From the human T2T-CHM13v2.0 reference genome, Homo sapiens, in the NCBI RefSeq assembly GCF_009914755.1, contig NC_060932.1: a stretch of DNA of 64,000 nt. One strand, written 5' to 3'. The notes below the pieces were generated by a model. That model ran no database searches. It was not told the origin of the DNA and saw only the letters and a program-made list of their open reading frames with translations. Positions 50,715-64,000 of this stretch are shown here, piece after piece. Positions within the stretch are counted from its first letter, which is position 1, and the number at the start of each line of letters is the position of its first letter. Both the position numbers and the translations under genes were made by a program.

Positions 50715-52880
50715 GAATTTATTTACCTATTCATCAGTTAATGGACATTTGTATTGCTTCTAATTTAGGACTATGATAAATGGTGCTTCTATGAACATGC
50801 ATGTACATGTATTTGTTTGAGTGCCTGTTTTCATTTCTTTTAGGTATACACCTAGCAGTGGAAACCTAGGTCATATGGTAATTTAATGTGTAACCTTTTG
50901 AGGAATGGCCAAAATATTTTCCATGGCAATTGAACCATTTTACATTTCCACCAGTGATGTACAAGTATTCCAGTTTTTCTACATTTTCAATATTTGTTAT
51001 TTTTCACTTTTTTTGGTAAAAATAAGGCCATTCTAGTGGATGTGAAGTGATATTTCATTGTCATTTTGATTTATATTTTCCTAAAGTCTAATGATGCTAA
51101 GCATTTTTTCATGTACTTGTTGGCCTTTTATATATCTTCTTTGAAGAAATGTCTATTTGAGTCTTTGTTCATTTTTAAATTGAGCTTGATAGACTTTGTT
51201 ATTGAATTGAAAAGTTCCTTTCTGGATATTAGGCTCTTATTAGATATGATTTACATTTTTTTCCATTCTGTATGTTATCTTTTTACCTTCTTAATAATGT
51301 CCTTTGATGCAAGAAAGTATTAATTTTGATGAAGCCCAATTTATTTACTTATTATTTTCTTGCTTGTGCTTTTTATGCCATTTGTAAGAATTTGTGGTCA
51401 AAATAAGATCATAGAGATGTGCTCTGTATTCTTCTACAAGATTTATAGTTTTAGCTCTCATATTTATGTCACTGATCCATTTCTGGTCAATTTTTTTATA
51501 TGATGTATGTGAGTCCAACTTCATTATTTCACATGAGAATGACCGTTTGTTTTAGTGTCATGTGTTGAAGATATTATTCTTTCCCCTATTGAAGAGTCTT
51601 TTCACCCTTGTCAAAATTAAATTGACCATAGATGTATGAATCTCTTTATGGCTTCTCAATTCCATTTCATTCATTTGTATGACTATTCTCATGTTGGTAC
51701 CACATTCTCTTGATTGCTGTAACTTTATAGTAAGTATTGAAAATGAGAAGTGTGAGACTTCCAAATTGGCTGTTCTTTTTCAATATCATTTTTATTATTC
51801 TGGGCCCCTTACATTCCATATGAATTTGAGGATCACCTTTTTTCATATCTGCAAAAAGACCATTAAAATATAATATGAAATGTATTACATCGTTTTAAAA
51901 TTGTGGATATTATTGCCATCTTAACAATATTAAATTTTCTAGTTCATAAATATATGTGTCTTTCCATTTATTTAGGTTTTATTTAATTTCTTTTAGCAAT
52001 GTTTCATAATTTTCAATGTACAAATCTTTAATCTTTTTAGTTAAACACACACCTAAGTATTTTATTCCTTCGAATGCTGTTGTAAATAAAATTATTTTCT
52101 TAATTTCTCCTTTATCATGTTTATTGCTGTTGTTTAAAAATACAACAGATCTTTGTGTGTTGAGCTTATATTCTGCTATTTTACTGAATTTGTTTATTCA
52201 TTTGAATCTTTTGTTTGGTGAATTTTTGGGGATTTTCTATATTGAGAGTCATGTCATGTGAATAGAGATAGTTTCATTTCTTCTTTTACAATTTGAATGA
52301 CTTTTATTTATTTTTCTTGTCTAGTTGCTTTGGGTAGAACTTTCAGTAAGATGTTGAATATTGGTACTTAAACTAGGCATCCTTGTCTTGCTCCTGATTT
52401 TAAGGAGAAAGCTTTCAATTTTTTTTACCATTGAAATTGATGTTAGCTGTGGGTTTTTCATAAATGTCTTTTTATCATGAAAGAATGTTAGATTTTCTCA
52501 AATGCTTTTTCTGTATCAATCAAGATAGTCATGTGGCTTTTCCCCTTATTCTATTAATGTGATATATTACATTAATTGATATTCTTACCTTGCATTTCTA
52601 GGTAAACCTCACTTGGTCATAGTGTTTAATGTATTGTTAGATTCGGTCTCATAATTTATTGTGGATTTTTATGTCAAGATTCATAAGGAAGATTAGTCTG
52701 TAGTTTTGTGGCTTCTTGTGATTTGTTTTGTATTTAGTATCAGGCTAATGTTGACCTCATAAAATTAGTTAGAAATTTTTCCCTTTTCTACATTTTGGAA
52801 AAGTTTGAGAAGGGTTGGTATCAATTCTTCTTTAAATGTTTGGTGAATTTTACCAGTGAGTGTATCTGGTTCTGTACTAA
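50715..52880 (-). mobile_element. L1MB/MA-type LINE fragment
   Basis: Antisense L1 ORF2 C-terminal half, degraded. Confidence 0.85.
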
Positions 52881-54324
52881 AATTTGTTTAAGTACAAATT
52901 TAATTTTGTCAGAAAGTTGTTTAAAATACTCTTAATATATTCTTGATATCTAAAAAAGTAATCCTTCATATTTTTCTGCATTAAACTTTGAGGGCTAGCT
53001 AATCATTTTAAACCATCAGCTCAAATCTTTTTTTTTTTTTCACATTTCATCTTTCCTTCTAAGGGAGGGAGGGGGTCAAGGTTCAGATTCTTTATTCACA
53101 TTTGTAATTTATTTATTCCTTCAGGATAAGCAGTCATCTTTATTAATTGTGTACTTGGTTTAATTGGACTTAACTTTATAATTCCTTGGGCTTTTGCTAC
53201 TCAGTATTATTAAACTTCACCATGTATATGCATCATACAGAACTACTAACCATAGTGCACAGTTCTCTGACATTGCTAGCTCTTTTCAATTTGAATGGAA
53301 AGAGAATTGTACAAATATAACTCATTTTATTGTGATTTGCTTTATTGCACTTATCAGGTACTGTGTTTTTTACAAATTGAAGAATTGTGGCAACTCATTG
53401 AGCAAGTCTATCAACACTAATTTTTCAACAGCTTGTGCTGACTTTGTGTCTTTGTGCCTATTTTGGTAATTATTGCAATATTTAAAACTTTTTCATTGTT
53501 ATTACATCTGTTATGGTGATATATGACCAGTGATCTTTGATGTTACCATTGCAGTTGTATACCTATGTATACAATGTAACCTGTATACATGTAGATGTAC
53601 ATGTACATGTAAGACTGTGAACTTAACAAATGTCGTGTGTGTTAGTGCTCTAATGACCAGCCATTCCTTCATATCTCTATTTCTCACTCTTTCCTGGCCC
53701 CCCTATTCTCTGAAACACAACACCATTGAAATTAGGTCAATTAGTAACTCTACAGTGACCTGTAAGTGTTCAAGTGAAGGGAAAAGTTGCATGTCTCTCA
53801 CTTTAAATCAAAAGCTAGAAATGATTAGGCTTAGTAAGGAAGGCATGACTAAAACTGAGATAGGCCACAAGCAAGGCCACTTGTGTCAAACAGTTAGCTA
53901 AGTTGTGATTGCAAACGGTGAGTTCTTAAAGGAAATGAAATGTGCTACTCCAGTGAGCACACAAATGATAAGAAAGTGAAATAGCTTTATAGCTGACATG
54001 GAGAAAGTTTTACTGCTCTGGAGAGATCAAACTAGCCACAGCATTCCTTTAAGCCAAATTTTAATCCAGAGAAAGACCCTAATTCTCTTAAATTATATGA
54101 AGACTGAGAGAGGTTAGGAAGCTGCAGAAAAAGAGTTTGAAGTTAGCGAAGATTGCTTCATGCGATTTAAGAAAAAAAAAGCCATCTCCAAACATAAAAG
54201 ACCTAGGTAGGGCAGCAAGTGCTGATGTAGAAACTGTAGCAAGCTATCCAGAATATTTAAATAAGATCACTATTGACGGTGGCTACAGTAAACAACAAGT
54301 CTTCAATGCAGACAAAACAGCTTT

Positions 54325-55271
54325 TTAAAACTTTTATTTTAGGTTCAGGGATACATATGCAGATTTGTTATATAGGTAAACTCACGTCACAGGGGGTTGT
54401 TGTATAAATCATTTCATCACCCAGGTACTAAGCCTAATACTCAATAGTTATTTTATCTGATCTTCTGCTTCCCCCACCCTCCATCCTCAAGTAGGCCTCA
54501 GTGTCTATTGTTTCCTTCTTTGTGCCCATGAGTTCTCATCATTCAGCTCCCACTTATAAGTGAGAACATGTGGTGTTTGGTTTTCTGTTCTTGTAATAGT
54601 TTAATCATGGCCACAGCTCCATCCATGTTCCTACAAATGATATGATCTCTGTTTTTTATGGCTGCATAGTATTTACATGGCATATGTGTGCCACATTTTA
54701 TTTGTCCAATCTGTCATTGATGGACACTTAGGTTGATTCCAAGTCTTTGCTATTGCAAATAATCCTGCGATGAACATTTGTGTGCATGTGTCTTTATGGT
54801 AGAACAATTTATAGTCCTTTGTGTATATACCCAGTAATGGGATTGCTGGGTCAAATGACAGTTCTGTTTCTAGCTCTTTGAGGAATCACCACACTACTTT
54901 CCACAATGAATGAACTAGTTTACATTCTCACCAACAGTGTATAGGTGTTCCTTTTTCTCCACAACCTTGCCAGTATCTGTTATTTTTTGACTTTTTATTA
55001 ATGGCCATTCTGACTAATGTGAGATGGTATCTCGTTGTGGTTTTGACTTGCATTTCTCTAATCATCAGTGATATTGGGCTTTTCTTCATATGCTTATTGG
55101 CCACATGTATGTATTCTTTTGAAGTGTGTGTTTATGTCCTTTGCCCACTTTTTAATGGGGCTGTTTGTTTTTTACTTGTAAATTCGTTTAAGTTCCTTAT
55201 AGATGCTGAATGTTAGACCTTTGTCAGATGCATAGTTTGCAAAAATTTTCTCCCATTCCGTAGGTTGCCTG
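54325..55271 (-). mobile_element. L1PB/L1PA15-16-type 5'-truncated L1 inside Tigger1
   Basis: Antisense 3'UTR and ORF2 end; TSD caaaacag(c/g)ttt at 54313 and 55272. Confidence 0.9.
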
Positions 55272-55510
55272 CAAAACAGGTTTCTATTGAAAGATGACTT
55301 TCATAGCTGAGAAGTCAATGCCTGGCTTCGAACCTTCAAAAGACAAGCTGACGCTCTTGTTAGGGCCTAATGCAGCTGGTGACTTTATGTTAAAGCCAAT
55401 GCTTATTTGTCATTTCAAAAATCCTAGAACCCTTAAGAATTGTGCTACATCTACTTTGTCTGTGCTCTATAGATGGAACAAGGCCTGCATTATAGCACAT
55501 CTCTTTATAG

Positions 55511-55819
<309 letters not shown>

Positions 55820-57863
55820 TGGCTTAGCAAATATTTTAAGCCCACTGTTGAGACCTACTGCTCAGAAAAAAGATTTTTTTTGAAAATATTAATGCTCATT
55901 GTTAGTACATCTAGTCACCCAAAATCACCAATGGAGGTGTACAAATAGATTAATGTTCTTTTCATGCCTGCTAACAACATCCAGTAGCCCATGGATTACA
56001 AAGTAATTTTGGCTTTCAAAATTATTTAAGAAATATGTTTTTAAGGCTGTTCAGCATAGATAATGATTCCTCTGATAGATCTCAGGAAAGTAAATTGAAA
56101 ATCTTTGAGAAAAGATTCACCACTTTAGATATTATTTAAAATATTTGTGATTCATGGGAGGAGGTCAAAATATCAACATTAACAGGAGTTTGAAGAAAGT
56201 TTATTCCAACCCTCAAGGATAACTGAGAAATTTAAGACTTCAGTGGAGGAAGTAAATGCATATGTGGTAGACATACCAAAACAACTGGAATTAAAAGTGG
56301 ACCCTAAAGATGTGACTGAATTGCTGCAATTTCATGATAAAAATTTAATGGATGAGGAGTTGCTTCTTGTGGATGAGTAAAAAATGTGAAGTGGTTTTTT
56401 TTTTTTTGAGAAGAAATCTATTCCTGGTGAAGATGTGAATATTGTTGAAATGATAACAAAGCCTTTCAAATATTAGATAAACTTAGTAGATAAAGCAACA
56501 GCAGGGTTTGAGAGAATTGACTCTAATTTTGAAGTTTTTTGAATAAAATGCTATCAAAAAGCACTGCATGCTACAGAGAAATCTCTCATGAAAGGAAGAA
56601 TTCATTCATGTGGCAAACTGTATTGTTGTCTTATTTTAAGAATTTGCCACTGCCACCCCAACCTTTAGCAACCACTACTCTGATCAGTCAGCCGCCATCC
56701 ACATAAAGGTAAGACCCTTCATCAGCAAAAAGATTATGACTTGCTGAAGGCTCACATAATCATTAGCATTTTTTAACAATAAAGTGTTTTCAATTAAGCT
56801 GCGTACACTCTTTTAAAGACATGAAGCACACTTAATAGACTACAATATAAACAACTTTAAACGTACTGAAAATCCAAAAACTTTCTGGGACTTGCTTTAT
56901 TGCAATATTTCTTTTATTGCAATAGTCTGCCTCTAAACCTGCAATATATTCAAGGTATGCCTATATAGACAATGCTGCTTTAATGTATTCCTGTCAAGAG
57001 ATGAGGTAATTCACACAGGGGAATCTCTAGGGTAGCTAGTGCTTAAAGCTTTTGCTAGTAAAAATTCATTAAAAAATAATGATAACATTAACATTTTTTC
57101 ACAACATTCTTATTTGCTTCTGTTAAACATTGAATACAGGATATAATTTGATATTATTTTTGATAATTCAGAAATAACATTATGAGCCTTATTTATCTGA
57201 TGGTGTTACATTCTGGGAACTCAAGTATGTAGCTCTCTTCCTGCTGGAGAACTTATTTTCCTATCTAAATCATAACTAGGATTTTCATTTTTTGCTACAC
57301 TAATTGTGAACCTGATCCAAAAGCTTTCTACTTTTATTAGTAATAAGTGACTGTTAGTTTTCCAGCAGAGTGGAAAGAAACAAGCAGACTAAATACCTTT
57401 TGTGCTCAAGTACATACTATATGATTTTTAAGACAGCCATTTCCCTGTTCTTGGAGAAGTGGACAAGAGCAGAGGTTTATGGAGAAATGACTCAAAACTA
57501 ATTATGTCAGAAAAAAAAAGTGAGAATAGCATGCACAATTTCAATTGCTTACCATATGTTTTACTTACATTCACCCTCTTATTAACTCTTCAGCTTGATT
57601 CTATTAGCTGTGTATTTCTATCCATGCTATATTCAATTAAATGGAGATTAATGTAAGATATTTGGTCTAAGATACACACACCTGGTTAGTGACAAAATCA
57701 GGGATTTGCCTGTGCCCTTTATGTTGTATCTTGTTGTCTGTACTCATTACTCTCATTAAATTCTGGCTTATCTACAACCTTGGAGTGTTCTGTGTTTGAG
57801 GATTATGGCATGTAAGTATTAAAGGTTATGCTTGGGTATTTTGGGGAAGGAACTCATCTTCAC

Positions 57864-58179
57864 TTTTTTTTTTTTTTTTTTTTTTTTGAGATGGAGTCTT
57901 ACTCTGTCACCAGACTGGAGTGCAGTGGTGAAATCTCAGCTCACTGCAACCTCCGCACCTCCCGGGTTCAAGTGATTCTCCTGTCTCAGCCTCCTGAGCA
58001 GCTGGGACTAAGCTGGGACTAGAGGTGTGTGCCACCATGCCCAGATAATTTTTGTATTTTTAGTAGAGACAGGGTTTCACCATGTTGGCCAGGATAGTCT
58101 TGATCTCTTGACCTCATGATCCACCTGCCTTGGCCTCCCAAAGTGCTGGGATTACAGGCGTGAGCCACCATACCCGGCC
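57864..58179 (-). mobile_element. Alu (AluS-like)
   Basis: TSD tcatcttcactt on both sides; internal 11-bp duplication 'agctgggacta'. Confidence 0.93.
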
Positions 58180-58384
58180 TCATCTTCACTTTCAATACAT
58201 GGCCTCTACCTATCAAATGCCAATAAAATCCCCTCATGATCAGGACAACTAGTAAATCCCCCCACATACACATGCACATTTTCAGATGCACCCCCACCCC
58301 ACTGAGGTCCACTGAATAACCACAGTATTACACATAACTACATGAAAGAGAGTTTCAGCTTTGAAACAGTCACATCAACACATT

Positions 58385-58750
58385 AGATAATCTAGAAGAA
58401 AGTATTAATCCCTAGAAACATACACTATACCAAAACTGAATTATGAAGAAATAGAAAATCTGAACAGACCTATAACTAGTAAGGAGACTGATCAGTAATA
58501 AAAACCCTCCCAACAAGAAAAGCTCAGGATGAGAAGGCACCTCTGGTATATTCTACTAAACCCTTAAATGAGAATTAATGTTAATCCTCAAACTCTACCA
58601 AAAAACTGAAGAAGATGGAACACTTCCAAATTCATTTTATGAGTCTATCATCAGCCTAATACCAAAGCCAGACAGATACAATGCAAGAAAAGAAAACTAC
58701 AGGCCAATATGCCTGATTAACATAGATATAGGAATCCTCAGAAAATAAGA
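58385..58750 (+). mobile_element. Old L1M ORF2 fragment
   Basis: 'gaagaaatagaaaatctgaacagacctataac...cttccaaattcattttatgag'. Confidence 0.75.
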
Positions 58751-58764
58751 CTTGGTGAAAGTTT

Positions 58765-60720
58765 GAACATGGCCAACTAGACACAGGTGAAACAGATGCT
58801 ACCGAGGGACCAAGTTGACTGGTGCACTCCCTAACAGATCTTCAGAGGAAAGGTACAGAATATATAGAGAGGGAAGATACAGAAGCTGGCCTGAAGGGGG
58901 AGGAACCTGGGAACCCCACATGGGGCTACTGTGCACCTGGACTCATTCCTGGCCCCCAGTGGCTCCAGGACAAATAAGCAGAACTGGAAAGGAGCAACCC
59001 ACTCTCACACCATTGGCCTCTGGAATCCCAACAGCTAGACCCCTCAACTACCACAGACACTTGAGTTGACAGAGCTGCTTAGAGAAGTGGTAGGGGCAGC
59101 AAGTCAAATAATGTGGAGCCCAGAGGGTTTGGTACAGGAGTATCTGTAGCAGACCAGAGCCAGGAATGGCCATCCCCCTAGTTTTGACTTGCTCCCATAG
59201 GAGACTTTAGCCCTAGGTGAGCTGTAAGTCCTGGACTCTGCAGAACAGTCTTGCCCATCAAATGGGGCTGGTCTGACCTGAACAGAACAAGGATGGATCC
59301 CACTGTCACTGCACTATGAAATGCTTTGGCTGAGACCATCCATCAGAGTTTAGTGACCAGCAATCTGGGAGCACCCCACCCCCTACAGCAGAGTGGATTT
59401 CTAAATTTGAGGAACCAGAGAAGAAAGTTGGGGCCCAGTACAAGCCCCAGAGTTAGAACATGCAGTTCAGGAGCGGGGAGCTGAGCATTGGTCCCCTAAA
59501 GTCTTCCAGAAATGAAATCAGTTGACTGAATCCACCTAATACCACAATTAAACCCTTGAGATCACCAAATAGAATACAAGAAAAATAAACCCATTGAAAG
59601 GTCAGCAACCTCAAAGATTAAAGTAACATAAGCCCACAAAGATAAGGAGGAAATAGCACAAGAACCCTGAAAACTTAAAAAAAAAAAAAAGAGTGCCTTC
59701 TTTCCTCTAAACAACAACAGCACCTCTCCAGGAAGGGTTCTGAACCAAGCTGAGACGGCTGGAATGGCAGAAAGAGAATTCAGAATATACATAGGAATAA
59801 AGATGATTTAACTACAGGAATACATTGAAACCCAATCTAAGGAAGCTAAGAATCATGAGAAAACAATGCAGGAGCTGACAGATGACATAGCCTGTATGGA
59901 AAAGAAAAAAATTAACTTGGTAGAGCTAAAAAACACACAACAAGAATTTCATAATGCAATCACAAGTGTGAATAGCAGAATAGAACAAGCAGAGGAAAGA
60001 ATCTCAGAGCTTGAAGACTGACTTTCTGAAATAAGACAGACAAGAATAGAGAAAAAAGAATAAAAAACAACAAACAAAACAATTATGAGATTATGTAGAG
60101 AGACCAAATCTATGACTCATTGGTGTCCCTGAAAGAGATGGGGAGAATGGGTCTAATTTGGAGAACATATTTCAGGCTCTCATCCAAGAGAACTTCCCCA
60201 CCTTAGCTAGAGAGGCCAACATTCAAATTCAAGAAATGCAGAGAACTTAAGTAAGATATTTCACAAGAAGATCATCCCTAAGACACATAATCATCAGATT
60301 CTCTAAGGTCAAAATAATAATTTTAAAAATGTTAAAGGCAGCTAGAGAAAAAGGTCAGGTTACCTACAAATGTAGCCCATCAGACTAACAGTGGACCTCT
60401 CAGCAGAAACCCTACAAGCCAGAGGAGATCGGGGGCCAATATTCAACATTCTTTAAAAAAAAAAAAGAAATTCCACCCAGAATTTTATATCTGGTAAATC
60501 TAAGTTTCATAAGTGAAGGAGAAATAAGATTATTTTCAGACAAGCAAATACCACCAGACCTGCCTTCCAAGAGCTCCTGAAGGAAGCACTAAATATGAAA
60601 AGGGAAGACCATTAGCCACTACAAAAACACACTGAAGTACAGAGACAGTGACAGTATAAAGCAACCACATAAAGAGTCTGCAAAATAACCAGCTAATATC
60701 ATGATGACAGCATCAAGTCC
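58765..60720 (+). mobile_element. Older primate L1 (L1PA13-16/L1PB type) 5'UTR, ORF1 and ORF2 start
   Basis: 5'UTR 'aacatggccaactag...ctaacagatcttcagagg', degraded ORF1, ORF2 start 'atcatgatgacag' at about 60701-60710. Confidence 0.8.
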
Positions 60721-63680
<2,960 letters not shown>

Positions 63681-64000
63681 GTGGGACATATATACCATGG
63701 AATACTACACAGCCAAAAAGTAATAAGATCATGTTTTTTTGTTGGACATGGATGGATCTGAAGGCCATTATCCTTAGCAGACAAACACAGGAACAGAAAA
63801 CCATATACCCCATGTTCTCACTTATAAGTGGGATCTAAATGATTAGAACACATGGATGCATAGAGGGGAACAACAGCCAGTGGGGTCTACAGGATGGTGG
63901 AGGGTGGGAGAAGGGAGAAGATGAGGAAAAATAAATAATGGGTACTAGGCTTAACATCTAAGTGATAAAATAATCTGTACAACAAATCCCCATGACACAA
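63681..64000 (+). mobile_element. Second, older L1 3' end (L1PB/L1PA15-16 type), running off the window
   Basis: Repeats the ORF2-end motif, then an older-type 3'UTR 'gggtactaggcttaa...aataatctgtacaacaaa'. Confidence 0.85.

Overview
Primate (human-like) nuclear DNA, intergenic or intronic. I found no cellular protein-coding exon, RNA gene or CRISPR array that I can support. More than half of the window is transposon-derived: Alu, L1, L2/MIR, MaLR/ERV LTRs, Tigger1 and hAT fossils. The centrepiece (31705-42202) is a triple-nested, all plus-strand stack of endogenous retroviruses. A HERV-K(HML-5)/LTR22 provirus with a tRNA-Met PBS is interrupted in its env membrane anchor by a heavily deleted HERV-K(HML-6)/LTR3 provirus (perfect GCTAAT TSD). 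The 5' LTR of that element is interrupted by a HERV-E/LTR2 element (perfect tRNA-Glu PBS), which was then fused by deletion to the HML-6 body. The stack also shows a GC-rich insert of unknown origin, an ectopic integrase segment inside env, a captured class-I ERV 3' end and an APOBEC3-like run of Trp-to-stop changes. Other points of note are an old local duplication, a duplicated ETS/RUNX-like island in AT-rich DNA, an AP-1/NF-kB motif cluster, a full-length Tigger1 with nested inserts and a chimeric L1. Family and subfamily names come from my recall of consensus sequences, not from a database search, and old-repeat boundaries are approximate.
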